DNA of 64,000 nucleotides from Candidatus Mcinerneyibacteriota bacterium. GTDB lineage: Bacteria; Macinerneyibacteriota; Macinerneyibacteria; Macinerneyibacteriales; DSCS01. Shown here in pieces: positions 26,389 through 36,584 of this stretch. How positions within the stretch are numbered: the first letter of the stretch is position 1; every line of letters begins with the position of its first letter. Location: NCBI GenBank assembly GCA_016937175.1, contig JAFGWL010000056.1, forward strand, positions 25,685 through 89,684, given 5' to 3'. The notes beneath the pieces are model-generated. The model ran no database searches, was not told where the DNA came from, and was given only the letters and a program-made list of their open reading frames with translations. Both the position numbers and the translations under genes were made by a program.

Positions 26389-27693
26389 CTACTTCCCCGA
26401 GATAGTGATCTGGTCTGTCAGGGCCCAGGGAAGGCGGCTATGGCCTGAATCGCTGACTTCTGCAGAAACAGCTTTGATATTTCGGAAAAGCTCTTTGACA
26501 TTCCCGCTTATCATGGTTTCACTGAGTCCGTTTTTGATCTCTCCGTTTTCAATGAGGAAACTGTTTTTGGCCACTCCCGAGAAGTCACCGTTTTCCCCGG
26601 GATTCCCTCCGGAAAAGCGGGTGAGAAGGAGCCCCTTTTTAACACTTCTGATCATGGACTCAAGGGAATCCCGCCCAGGTTCAAGGAGATAGAAACGGCC
26701 ATTGTTGGCAGCCCGTTCCCGTTTGCATTTGGCTGCTCCATATTGGCTTAAAAGATAACTTTTCAGGACACCCTTTTCGATGAGTGTGAGGTTTTCTGCC
26801 GGGAATCCGTCCTGAGTTATCGCATACCCGCCCGCCATTGAGGGGTCCAGAGGAAGAGACTTCAAAGTGACCAGCGGAGAAGCCACCTCTTCGCCCAAAG
26901 CATCTTTCAGAAAAGAGGTTCCGGTGATCATGGCCCTGTCACTCAGATGAGAAGAAAGAAACATGATAAAATCCAGAAGACATTCGGGGGTCATAACGAT
27001 CTCCCCGATGCATTTACCGGGGAAAGGCCTTGTGTCAATGAGGCGCGGAGCTTCTCCTATGAGCCTCTTTACCCCCCCGGCCTCAAGGAGATGATGTGAA
27101 AGGTCATTCATAGTGACATCGGCAAAATTGAAAGAAGAGCTCTTTTCTCCTTTTTTGGCTGAAAACATTACAGTGAATTGGTAGAATCCCCGCTCATGGT
27201 ATAGATCAGCCTCATTACTGTTTTTGTAATGACGGGTAAGGACCTTATAGTCCAAAATGGCCTGTTCCAGGATCACTGAGGGATAAGTCGCCTTGACATC
27301 GGTAACAAATTCTTTCAGACGCTCGTACATCCGGTCAGCGTCGGGCCCGTCTCCTGCCGCTTCTCTTCTCAGGGTATTCTTTTCGGAAATGTCGTATGCA
27401 GGATCCTTTTCCGATGAGAGGGCGATATCGTATGTCTCACGGACCGTCTCGTTGACAGCATCCTCATCGGTCCTGTTCGTGGTCATTGTCCCTTTTTTAG
27501 CATCTTTAATAACTGTGAGAGTAAGTTCCGTATCAAAAATAGTTCTGAGAAGACTGATCTCTCCCCCATCCACATTCAGCTCATGGGTCATGGAATGAGT
27601 AAGGTCACAGGCCGTCTTCTCAGCCCCGGTCGCTTTCAGAGATTCACAGCTTTTGTTAAGGATATCAGTGCTTTTTTCATAGGACATCTTCAT
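26389..27693 (-). CDS. pmbA: PmbA/TldE-family metallopeptidase (peptidase U62)
   Basis: Start MKMSYEK with GGAGGG SD; abuts tldD. The family typically pairs with TldD. Confidence 0.8.
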   Translation of the reverse strand: MKMSYEKSTDILNKSCESLKATGAEKTACDLTHSMTHELNVDGGEISLLRTIFDTELTLTVIKDAKKGTMTTNRTDEDAVNETVRETYDIALSSEKDPAYDISEKNTLRREAAGDGPDADRMYERLKEFVTDVKATYPSVILEQAILDYKVLTRHYKNSNEADLYHERGFYQFTVMFSAKKGEKSSSFNFADVTMNDLSHHLLEAGGVKRLIGEAPRLIDTRPFPGKCIGEIVMTPECLLDFIMFLSSHLSDRAMITGTSFLKDALGEEVASPLVTLKSLPLDPSMAGGYAITQDGFPAENLTLIEKGVLKSYLLSQYGAAKCKRERAANNGRFYLLEPGRDSLESMIRSVKKGLLLTRFSGGNPGENGDFSGVAKNSFLIENGEIKNGLSETMISGNVKELFRNIKAVSAEVSDSGHSRLPWALTDQITISGK

Positions 27694-27694
27694 A

Positions 27695-29110
27695 CTACTT
27701 CCCTCCAATATTGATCCGGCATTTGACAGCAGGGCCGCCCATACCCACGGGGATGGCCTGCTTTTTTCCGCACATCCCGGCACAACTCCAGGACATCTCA
27801 TCTGATACCATGGTCACAGTCTTCAGCATATCGAAGGCTATCCCGGAGATTGTTGTGTTCTTTAGAGCTTTCCCCAGCTTTCCATTTTTGATCTCGTACC
27901 CCATGACGACTCCAAACATGAACTCACTGGTGGTATCCGCCTGTCCGTTACTGGCCTTGGCCAGATAATATCCATGATCAATGGAGGCGACCATATCTTC
28001 AAGTCTGTCCTTTCCGGGAAGGATCGCCGTATTTCTCATACGGATCAGTGGTTCGTCGCTGTATTCCGAGGCACGGGCGTTCCCTGTTGGAGCAAATCCA
28101 AAGTGAAGGGCTGTTTCTTTATTGAATAAGTAACTTTTCAGGATACCCTGTTCTATGATAGGGACATCTTTCGCCTCTGTCCCTTCATCATCTACAAAGA
28201 CAGGGACCGGGCACTGTACTCCAAGAGCTGTATGGGCAAAATCGGTGAGGGAGATCAGAGGGCTGGCCACCTCCTTATCCAGGTAATCTCCTGCTACAGA
28301 ACCTCCCAGGACGATGTCGGCTTCTGTAGTATGGCCTATAGCTTCGTGAGCCAGGATCCCTGCCAGATCGGCATCCATAATGACATCATGCTCTCCTGCT
28401 TCAGGATAGATCCCTTCAGCTTTTTCTTTCAGTTTCCCGTATAACCTGTCCAGACGCTCGAAAAAGTCTTCGGGAATTCCGAAATTATCTTCATACTGTC
28501 CGAAGCCGCCGTAGACATCATAGAGGTCCACAGGCCCTTCCCCCTTATCCAGAGTGAGAGAGACGATAAGAAGCGCCCGGGGGATCATGGAATAGGCCCG
28601 TGACCCTTCAGAGTTCAGAAGGGCTTTTTCCATATCCAGGTTTGCCATTGTCACACCGCGGGCACTGACATCGGGATAACTTTTTTTCAAGTAATTGTCG
28701 ATCTCCCTTAAAAACGCGGTCATCTCTTTTGGTGTCGCCCTCTGCTGAATCGTTGAAAAATCGTGATACCCCTGTGCGCTGCCATAGGCCAAAGGCATGG
28801 CATTCCGGTTTTCTCTGCTGTCGAGAAATTGAGCGTTTCTTGTAGCAGCCCGTATCACTGACTTTACATCCGCCTCTGAGGTTTCAGGACTGGCTGAAAA
28901 TCCCCAGACACCTCCGGCGTAGACACGGGCGGAGATACCGCTGCTATGGTTCCTCGTGTTGGCTACGACATCCCCGTTCAAAAGGGTAATCCGCAGATTC
29001 CTGTTTTTTTGGTATCGAAGTTCAGTATATTCACTGAAATCATCACGAAACTTATCAAGATATTCCAGGTTCAAAATGCCCTCCTTTTTTTTCACCCTCA
29101 TTATAATCAC
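27695..29110 (-). CDS. tldD: TldD-family metallopeptidase (peptidase U62)
   Basis: HEAIGH motif (ILAHEAIGHTTEAD). GTG start at 29110 with AGGTGA SD; alternative ATG (MRVKKK) about 9 nt downstream. Confidence 0.8.
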   Translation of the reverse strand: MIIMRVKKKEGILNLEYLDKFRDDFSEYTELRYQKNRNLRITLLNGDVVANTRNHSSGISARVYAGGVWGFSASPETSEADVKSVIRAATRNAQFLDSRENRNAMPLAYGSAQGYHDFSTIQQRATPKEMTAFLREIDNYLKKSYPDVSARGVTMANLDMEKALLNSEGSRAYSMIPRALLIVSLTLDKGEGPVDLYDVYGGFGQYEDNFGIPEDFFERLDRLYGKLKEKAEGIYPEAGEHDVIMDADLAGILAHEAIGHTTEADIVLGGSVAGDYLDKEVASPLISLTDFAHTALGVQCPVPVFVDDEGTEAKDVPIIEQGILKSYLFNKETALHFGFAPTGNARASEYSDEPLIRMRNTAILPGKDRLEDMVASIDHGYYLAKASNGQADTTSEFMFGVVMGYEIKNGKLGKALKNTTISGIAFDMLKTVTMVSDEMSWSCAGMCGKKQAIPVGMGGPAVKCRINIGGK

Positions 29111-29139
29111 GGGACTTTCACCTGTAAAGTGCCAAACTT

Positions 29140-30276
29140 TTATCTGTCCTCCAGGGTCGTTGTGTAGATGTAATCGCTTGTCGGCTTCTCTTTTCCCGTC
29201 TCTTTGTCAATCTCTGATATTGCCACAAAGACAAAGCGGTCATCGAAAGGGTAGAGACGGTAATCCTGATGAGGTTCGAGAAACTCGGCGTCCACTCTTT
29301 TGATATGCTTCAAAGTCTCCGTGTCGAAAATATCCACAAACCCCTTTTCCAACCCTGGGATAGGCAGGCCGTAATAGGCCTTTCTTCCATTTTCCCACTT
29401 GACTTCGTTTATCCCGGCGACACCTCTCAAAACATAGAGTTTCTCTCCTTTTACACACAAAGATGTCGCAGACGCCCCGCCGTTCGCTTCAAAAGAACCG
29501 TCGGGGAAACGGGAGATCTCCAGCGAGAGGAGCTCATTCAGGCCATCGTCATTATAAGCTGTCTTGACCAGTTTCAACTCGGGGCTATATTTTCTGATCT
29601 CATAAGCCCCCTTCAAGCCGAGCATGACAACATAGATGTTTCCTTTTCCATCTGTTGTATAACGGACAAGGTTTTCGAACATCTTCTCCACATCCAAGTC
29701 CGTTTCAGGGCTGATACGGCCCAGGGCATTGAATTGGCTGTCCGTCTTCACCACGGATCCGGGATAAGTCATCCCGATATAGTAATTGTCTCCATGCCTT
29801 GTCATCACACAGTTTCCAAAGGAGAGGCTGTAGGAGGCATCCTGGATGGGAATGGAATCCTCAAACTCTCCTTGGGGAGAGAACATCTCAATGGAATTTT
29901 TCTGACGGTCGATAAAATAGATCATCTCTCCATCCATCCCCATACCCGGAATCCAACTCCCCAGCTCTCCGGGCCCCTTCCCTGTATGAAGCTGGAAAGA
30001 TCCGATGTGCTCCAGCTCCTTATTGAAAAGAGCGACCTGGCGCATATCACTCTCATCGTGGATCACCACAGCCAGACGGTCTTTCCCATCTGATGAATGG
30101 AGATAAAAATCGATATTCCCCTCTTCAACCTTTAGTTTCTTTAACAGCGCTAATCTTCCGTCGGGTTTGAGAGCGATCCTATTATGAATGACTTTATCAT
30201 CGTTTCGGGATGCACAGCCGCAGAGAAAGAGGAGAAGCAGAGCAAAGAAAAAGAGAATAACATCTTTTTTGAACAT
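29140..30276 (-). CDS. Lipoprotein, predicted beta-propeller fold (378 aa)
   Basis: Signal peptide with lipobox LFLCGC; repetitive beta-strand-rich sequence. Confidence 0.6.
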   Translation of the reverse strand: MFKKDVILFFFALLLLFLCGCASRNDDKVIHNRIALKPDGRLALLKKLKVEEGNIDFYLHSSDGKDRLAVVIHDESDMRQVALFNKELEHIGSFQLHTGKGPGELGSWIPGMGMDGEMIYFIDRQKNSIEMFSPQGEFEDSIPIQDASYSLSFGNCVMTRHGDNYYIGMTYPGSVVKTDSQFNALGRISPETDLDVEKMFENLVRYTTDGKGNIYVVMLGLKGAYEIRKYSPELKLVKTAYNDDGLNELLSLEISRFPDGSFEANGGASATSLCVKGEKLYVLRGVAGINEVKWENGRKAYYGLPIPGLEKGFVDIFDTETLKHIKRVDAEFLEPHQDYRLYPFDDRFVFVAISEIDKETGKEKPTSDYIYTTTLEDR

Positions 30277-30382
30277 GGATAGTCTCCTTTCATAGTACCA
30301 TAATCATTACATTTCCATCGTAATCCGTAATAATTAGACAATAAAAAGAGACAGGTTGTTTCACCAAGTGAGCCGGAACAGG

Positions 30383-31312
30383 CTATTTGGCATACATGGT
30401 AAAGAAACGCATGACATCCTGAACAAAATCATATTTCTTCTCAACAAAGGGAAAATGTCCGGCATCATTATAGATGATAAAAATCGAATTGGGGATCAAG
30501 TCGTGAAGGGCCATGGCGCTCTCTTCTCCCACGGGATCTTTCTCTCCGTGAATGATGAGAACCGGCGGCCGGAGAGACTCCAGGCCGGGTGTCATGTCAT
30601 AAGAATCCATAAAGGGCTGTAAAGCCGTCATGACATTGAACATCTTGGCTGTCCGATCTCTGTCCAGGCCCAAATCGATGTCTGAGACTTCTTCGCCCTG
30701 AGCCATGGTCATTTTAAACAGGCATGAAAAGATAAACGAAACAGCTTCAGGGTCTCCTTCTTTAAAGGAACCGTTTTTTGAGATCTCCTGATAACGGTTC
30801 TGCTCCTCATAAGAAAGGCGGGAAAAATCGTTTTTTTTCGGAAGATAGGCCGATTTCATGGGAGCAGCCCCGGCCAGAACAAGGGAACCGCAACGTTCAG
30901 GGTAGCGTTTAGCATACTCCAGGGCCAGTAGGGCCCCGAAAGAGTGTCCCAGAAGGTTGACTCGCTCCAGTTTCAGTTCATTTCTCAGCATCTCAATATC
31001 ATCCACAAGCCGGTCAAAGGTGATCCGGCCTGGTTCCTCCTCGGAAGAGCGGCCGCATCCTCTCTGGTCAAAATAAATAAGTTTAAATTTCTGAGTCAGA
31101 AAAGAGAGATAGGGTTCAAGGTAATGAAACCCGAATCCCGGCCCTCCGTGGAGGACTATAACAGGGACCCCTTCTCCGGAACTCTTATAAAAGAGAGAGG
31201 CCTCTCCGTCTTCAACGTATCCTTCCTCATGCTGCCTTGACAGACACGAGAGAAAGAGGCAAAGAGCAACCAACCCGGCGATGATGAGACTGATCAGAAC
31301 CCAAAGCTTCAT
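30383..31312 (-). CDS. Alpha/beta hydrolase, proline iminopeptidase-like (S33), secreted/lipoprotein
   Basis: GHSFG nucleophile elbow; HGGPG oxyanion region. Start MKLWVL with AGGAGGT SD. Own promoter TTGATA-16-TATATT. Confidence 0.8.
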   Translation of the reverse strand: MKLWVLISLIIAGLVALCLFLSCLSRQHEEGYVEDGEASLFYKSSGEGVPVIVLHGGPGFGFHYLEPYLSFLTQKFKLIYFDQRGCGRSSEEEPGRITFDRLVDDIEMLRNELKLERVNLLGHSFGALLALEYAKRYPERCGSLVLAGAAPMKSAYLPKKNDFSRLSYEEQNRYQEISKNGSFKEGDPEAVSFIFSCLFKMTMAQGEEVSDIDLGLDRDRTAKMFNVMTALQPFMDSYDMTPGLESLRPPVLIIHGEKDPVGEESAMALHDLIPNSIFIIYNDAGHFPFVEKKYDFVQDVMRFFTMYAK

Positions 31313-31368
31313 CGGGACCTCCTGTAATGCTCTTTTGAATATACAGAAGGAAAGATAAATATCAAGAT

Positions 31369-31401
31369 AAAAAAAAAGGGAGAGAGGAAAACCTCTCTCC
31401 C
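31369..31401 (-). terminator. Strong rho-independent terminator
   Basis: Perfect 10-bp stem gggagagagg/cctctctccc with loop aaaa, followed on the minus strand by U9. Confidence 0.85.
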
Positions 31402-31421
31402 TCACCTGAAATAAGGCCTCT

Positions 31422-31964
31422 TTACTCTTCGTCGTCTTTTTTCTGCTCTTTCAGCATCTCTTTTTTCTTCTCCTGCAGCTTTTTTTGCTCTTTCAACTGA
31501 TCTTCCTCTGAGACACCGTCCTTTTTCTGTTCTTTGTTTTGAAGCTTTTTGGCCTCTTCCGACACACCCGGTTCATTGTCATTATTTTTGTTCTGAGCTT
31601 TATTGGCTTCCTTGTTCTTCAGCTGGGTCTCTTCACCCTTATTCTGATTAGCCTCTTTGTTCAGCTCTTTTTCCATTTCCCCATCTCCGGACTGATCCTT
31701 TGTCTGAGCCGCGTCTCCGTTGACCTCTTTTTCCTGCTCTTTATTCTGGGTCTCACCTTTGTTTTTATTCTCGTTGATCTCTTTCTCTTTTTCCAGCAGC
31801 TCTTTCTTCTCCTGGATTATGGTTTTGACCTTCTTCTTCTCAACGGTCCCTTTACCGGCTCCGGCCGATCCGGTTGTGCCCTGGGCTCCTCCGGAGCCCC
31901 CTTTCGCCAGAATCAATCCGAAAGCAGCCAGCACACATAAAAGTAACAGAACAGATCTTTTCAT
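31422..31964 (-). CDS. Secreted low-complexity K/E/Q/N-rich protein (180 aa), predicted intrinsically disordered
   Basis: Signal peptide MKRSVLLLLCVLAAFGLILA. The remainder is charged repeats (NKEANQNKGEETQLKNKEANKAQNK...). GGAGGGA SD. Own terminator. Confidence 0.65.
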   Translation of the reverse strand: MKRSVLLLLCVLAAFGLILAKGGSGGAQGTTGSAGAGKGTVEKKKVKTIIQEKKELLEKEKEINENKNKGETQNKEQEKEVNGDAAQTKDQSGDGEMEKELNKEANQNKGEETQLKNKEANKAQNKNNDNEPGVSEEAKKLQNKEQKKDGVSEEDQLKEQKKLQEKKKEMLKEQKKDDEE

Positions 31965-32016
31965 AGTGATCCCTCCTTTACTTTTAAATACGCTGTCGTC
32001 TCCGTTCCGGTTACAG

Positions 32017-35000
32017 TCAGTTCACTATGATGACTTTTGCCAGGGCCTCTCCCTCCGCATCTTTGACCTGTTTTTCATTCCCGTAGACGCTGTATATCCC
32101 CTGCTGTATCATCCTCCGGAAAAGAGGCGCATAGGAGCGGATCTCCTCAGGAGTCGTGGAAAGGACCTCTTTACGTATTCTGTTGATTTCCTGAAGATCC
32201 CCGCCAGTGAGGACTTTAGTAAAATAGTATCGGCCACGGCTTAACGGAGCATCAGGAAGATCCAGATTAGCTATCGTCCCGATAAGGTAGAGTTCCATCT
32301 CTTTTATTGAAGGCTGAAAACGGGCCAGGTAATCTTCTGTCTCTTCAAATACTTTCAAAGTCTCGGCGATGTGAGGGTCACGGAAAGAATACATCAGCAT
32401 CGTCCCGTTTTCATAGACTGACATTCCCCCTCCGTAAGCCCCTCCCCTGACGCGTAAAGACTGCCAGAGGTATGTATTTCTGACAATGGTCGCTGTTGCC
32501 AGAAGAGAGCCGTTATAATCCTGCCCCTCTTTTTTAAAATCAGCTACCTGGGCGACAAAATTGACCCGTGAGGGAGATGCAAACCCCTCATGAGGTCTGT
32601 ATTCAACCAGTTGGAGCACTTTGAAGGGAGGGGTTTCCCTCCGGTTTGAGTGAGATAGGTTACTGATGATTTTTTTGGTCTGTTTCAATCCTTCATTCAT
32701 GAGTTCTTTTTCTGTAATCAAGCCTGCCACGGCTCTTTCGGAGATAAAAATACGATCATAGGTCTGTTTCAACTTTGCCTGCACCTGAGCCGGATCATTT
32801 CGAAACGCTTCTTCTGTCTCCTTGACAAAAAGATAATAGTCGTATCCCGATGTGATCTCATCAAAAAGATGAGCACCTCCTAACCCTGCCCGGGCCCGGG
32901 CTATTGCCAACCCCAATCCATCGTTGAGGAGGGAGCGCTCCATTTGCGCCTTCTCATTTTCCAGGAGGGTCTTTAAACGTTTCTCATCTGAGAAATCAGT
33001 TTCGGTCAAGATTGTAGAGAGGAGCCCCACCGCCGTATCGGCTTCTCTTGCCAGGACACGCAAAGAGGTCACAGCATACGCTTTCCAGAGAGCCGGCTCC
33101 CGGGCATCAGCCAATTGAGAGATACCAAAATCCAGCCCACCCAGGTGTGTGCTGGTTTTAGTCGACAGCGTCTCATAATCGTCTCCCCCTGCTCCGAGTC
33201 TTCCCAAAAGGCGGGAAAGAAGGACGGCACTTTGAAGGCTCTTTTTGTCCAGGTCCGATATGTCAAAATAGAGTTCCCAGTAATGGATTCCATTGGTGTG
33301 ATCTTCATAAGTAAGGACGGAGCGGCCTTGAAGAGTCTTTTTCTTGCCGGCCGGAACAGCGACAACGGGTTCGATATCCGAAAGACTCAAAAGAGGGACC
33401 TTGCTCAACGCTTCTTCGCTGTCAGGAGTTTCCTGATAGGCCTTTAAAGCTTCATTTTTCTGAATAATCGCCTGAAGATCATCCTCTGTGAGAGAAGCCT
33501 GAACCTCAGCCAGACGCTCCTTTTCTACAGCCGCAAGCTGTTGATTCATCCCGGGGTCGGGGATCATGGTAAGAGAGAGGACATGATTGTTCTGAATAAA
33601 ATGTTTTTTGATCAGATCCTTCCAAATCGACCTGTCATTTCTGAGCCTTGCGATCACCTTTTCATATTTTAAGCATTCAAAAGGCTCTCCGGTGTTGATC
33701 CATGACCTGTTGATCTGAAACATATAACCCAAACCCTTTGAAAACCTGGCAGAAGGCTCCCTTAAACGGAATTCCAGCCGGTTGATGAGAGATGTGAGGA
33801 GAGATTCCTCCAATCCCTGTTCAGCTAGTTCTTTCAGTGTGTCGTCGATCAAAGCCGTAAATTCCCCTTCATTGTCCCTCTCTCCGCCCACGGCCACAAA
33901 GCTCATAACGGGATAAGCTGATGGATAAAACGAACTGTAAAAAAGAGTTCCCAGCCCTTTTGCTTCCATCTTCTTTTTCAAAGGTGATGCGGGTATACCC
34001 ATGAGATATTCTTCAAGTAGACTTAAGGCCGTCATCTCCACATTATCTTCGATCTCCTTCATCAGAAAATGATAGGAGAGATAATCCTGACCCTCTTTCC
34101 CGTCAGTCCCTCCGGGATAGGGGCGTGTCACTCGTCTTCTTTCAGCAAACCGTATCTGCTGAGGATTGTTGAAATGATTCTCACGTTTTTCGAACTCATT
34201 CAGATATTCCTCGCTGATATATTTCAGCTGTTCACATACATCGATATCGCCGTAAAGATAGATATAAGCATTGGAAGGGTGATAAAAGGTCTTATGGAAA
34301 TCGACAAACATCTCCTGTGTCAGAGAGGGTATCGACAGAGGATCTCCCCCAGAATTATTGGCATAGATCGTATCTGGGAGCAACTCTTGAGAAACAGCAT
34401 ACCGCAAAGCCGACTCCGGGGAGGACATGGCTCCTTTCATTTCGTTATATACAACGCCGTTATAACGCAGCTTCTCAAGGAGAGGATCCCACTCATAACG
34501 CCATCCTTCCTGCATAAGAATGCGCTCGTCTTTCAGCAAAACCGGATGAAAGACGCTATCCAGATAGACTGTCATCAAGTTATAAAAATCCTTTTTGTTT
34601 TTACTGGCGATGGGATACATAGTCATGTCATTGGATGTCATGGCATTTAAAAAGGTCCTTAAAGATCCCTTACGCATGATGTCAAAGGGGCTTTTGACAG
34701 GGAACCGCTCTGACCCGCATAGGACAGAATGCTCCATTATATGAGCCACGCCGGTATCATCCTGGGGAAGTGTCCGGAATGTGATGCCGAAAACATTATT
34801 GGTGTCATTATTTTCCAGTTTGACAAGACGGGCTCCGCTTTTCTCATGATGAAAAAGATAAGCTTGAGCTTCTATTTCAGGGATATACTCCTGTTTTATC
34901 AGTTTAAACCCTGAATAAAACTCTCCGTTGTTCAAACCCCTCTTCTCTTGCAGGCCGGAAGCCACAGAAATAAGTATTAATACAGCTATAACAGAACTAA

Positions 35001-35019
35001 ACACCTTTTTTTGTGCCAT
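32017..35019 (-). CDS. Large M16-family zinc peptidase (M16C, presequence-protease/pitrilysin-like, 1000 aa), secreted
   Basis: Inverted zinc motif HIMEH (GVAHIMEHSVLCG). Signal peptide. GGAGG SD. Confidence 0.85.
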   Translation of the reverse strand: MAQKKVFSSVIAVLILISVASGLQEKRGLNNGEFYSGFKLIKQEYIPEIEAQAYLFHHEKSGARLVKLENNDTNNVFGITFRTLPQDDTGVAHIMEHSVLCGSERFPVKSPFDIMRKGSLRTFLNAMTSNDMTMYPIASKNKKDFYNLMTVYLDSVFHPVLLKDERILMQEGWRYEWDPLLEKLRYNGVVYNEMKGAMSSPESALRYAVSQELLPDTIYANNSGGDPLSIPSLTQEMFVDFHKTFYHPSNAYIYLYGDIDVCEQLKYISEEYLNEFEKRENHFNNPQQIRFAERRRVTRPYPGGTDGKEGQDYLSYHFLMKEIEDNVEMTALSLLEEYLMGIPASPLKKKMEAKGLGTLFYSSFYPSAYPVMSFVAVGGERDNEGEFTALIDDTLKELAEQGLEESLLTSLINRLEFRLREPSARFSKGLGYMFQINRSWINTGEPFECLKYEKVIARLRNDRSIWKDLIKKHFIQNNHVLSLTMIPDPGMNQQLAAVEKERLAEVQASLTEDDLQAIIQKNEALKAYQETPDSEEALSKVPLLSLSDIEPVVAVPAGKKKTLQGRSVLTYEDHTNGIHYWELYFDISDLDKKSLQSAVLLSRLLGRLGAGGDDYETLSTKTSTHLGGLDFGISQLADAREPALWKAYAVTSLRVLAREADTAVGLLSTILTETDFSDEKRLKTLLENEKAQMERSLLNDGLGLAIARARAGLGGAHLFDEITSGYDYYLFVKETEEAFRNDPAQVQAKLKQTYDRIFISERAVAGLITEKELMNEGLKQTKKIISNLSHSNRRETPPFKVLQLVEYRPHEGFASPSRVNFVAQVADFKKEGQDYNGSLLATATIVRNTYLWQSLRVRGGAYGGGMSVYENGTMLMYSFRDPHIAETLKVFEETEDYLARFQPSIKEMELYLIGTIANLDLPDAPLSRGRYYFTKVLTGGDLQEINRIRKEVLSTTPEEIRSYAPLFRRMIQQGIYSVYGNEKQVKDAEGEALAKVIIVN

Positions 35020-35087
35020 AGGGGACCTCCGTTTTTTTCTTATACGGGTTACGAAATTTTTTGTTTCGTTTACAGGAATTTTTTATT

Positions 35088-35120
35088 GAAAAAAAGAAAA
35101 AGCGGCCCCGAAAGGCCGCT
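35088..35120 (-). terminator. Rho-independent terminator after the M16 pair
   Basis: Stem agcggcc/ggccgct followed on the minus strand by UUUUUCUUUUUUU. Confidence 0.75.
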
Positions 35121-35126
35121 TAAGAA

Positions 35127-36572
35127 TTACATCTCAATGACTTCGACAGGGATCCCGGCTTCTTCAAACTGAGGGACCAGCTTCTCTTTCTGTCCCAGGA
35201 TGACCGTGAGAAAACGGTCGGGATCCAGGTTCTTCTCAAAGATCCGCTGTGCTGTCTCTGCTGTCATATTGTTATAGCGTTTGATATTCTCGTTGACTTT
35301 ATTGGCGCTTTCCCCCCATATCTCAACACTGAGGACTACCGACTCGATGACGTCGATCTTCTCTACGTAGAATTTGGGAAGGAGGGCGTTGAAAAAGTTC
35401 ACTGTCTTAAAGAGTTCATCCTTTGTGATAGGTTCGGCCCTGTCAAGGATCTTGTCCATCTCCCCGATGATCGTCTGATAGGTATCGAGGGCACTCTCGG
35501 GCTTCACTTCCGTTGTCACGACATACTCTCCGCCCAGCTTATTGGCATTATAGGTGGACCTGGCATCGTACGCATAGCCCTTCTGCACACGCAACGTATC
35601 CATAAGGCGGCACTCAAAGGAGCCACTCCCATATACCATATTTGCGACCCTGAATTCAGTATCCTCGGGGTAATCGTGGGTAAAGAGGTCGAAACCCATC
35701 TTGAACTTGGCCTGGGTAGCATCGGGTTTATTGATGATATAGACCTTCCCGTATTCATCCCGGGGAGCCATGCTCTTCTGATGAGGAAGAGTCACCGGGG
35801 CCTTTTCCCAGGTTCCGAAGGCCTTTTCTATCTCTTTTTTCATCGCTTTAGCCGAGAAGTCTCCGGCAAAGGCCATAATGGTCATATTAGGGGCTACTGC
35901 TTCTTTATAATACTTCATCAGGCGGGCCGGGGTGTAGTTCTGAGCCGCAGCGGTGATGAGATCGATATCGGCATCAAAACTGTAGGGATGGTCTCCGTAC
36001 AGATGGCGATAGAAGATCATATCCACCAAGGCCGGGTCTTGAGTCCGGGCCATGCTCAATCCCTGGTAAAGCTCCATGAGTTTTCGTTGATAATAGGGAG
36101 CATCGAACTTAGGATTCATAAGGACATCGGCCATGAGTTCCAGGAGATGTCCCTTATCCTGAATAAGGGCGCTCCCTCTCAGGGTAAAGTAATCCCTTTT
36201 GACCCCCATGGAAAAAGAGAGGCCGTAGAGCTCTTTATACTTATCCAGGGCTTCTTCTGACCGGTTCTGTGTTCCCGTGGTCATCATATCGGTAAGGAAG
36301 GAGCTTATTCCGGCGACATCCTTGGTCTCATGGGCTCTCCCCCCTTTGATAAAACCCGTGACTTCGATAAGGGGCAGAGAGTGATCCTCCACCAGGTAGA
36401 CGACGAGCCCGTTATCCAGGACAAATCGCTCATAAGCGGGGATCTCGATCTCGGGGACTTTATTGACGCTCCGGGCCAACTCTTCAAACAGCTGGGGAGA
36501 AAATTCCACTCCTGCCAGGGCTGAAGGAATGAAGAGAGCCAGGGCCAACCATAGCATTATTAATCTTTTCAT
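35127..36572 (-). CDS. M16-family peptidase-like protein lacking the HxxEH motif (non-catalytic partner), secreted
   Basis: Signal peptide. M16 fold by length and similarity to the adjacent gene. No HxxEH. Confidence 0.75.
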   Translation of the reverse strand: MKRLIMLWLALALFIPSALAGVEFSPQLFEELARSVNKVPEIEIPAYERFVLDNGLVVYLVEDHSLPLIEVTGFIKGGRAHETKDVAGISSFLTDMMTTGTQNRSEEALDKYKELYGLSFSMGVKRDYFTLRGSALIQDKGHLLELMADVLMNPKFDAPYYQRKLMELYQGLSMARTQDPALVDMIFYRHLYGDHPYSFDADIDLITAAAQNYTPARLMKYYKEAVAPNMTIMAFAGDFSAKAMKKEIEKAFGTWEKAPVTLPHQKSMAPRDEYGKVYIINKPDATQAKFKMGFDLFTHDYPEDTEFRVANMVYGSGSFECRLMDTLRVQKGYAYDARSTYNANKLGGEYVVTTEVKPESALDTYQTIIGEMDKILDRAEPITKDELFKTVNFFNALLPKFYVEKIDVIESVVLSVEIWGESANKVNENIKRYNNMTAETAQRIFEKNLDPDRFLTVILGQKEKLVPQFEEAGIPVEVIEM

Positions 36573-36584
36573 GGATATCCTCCG

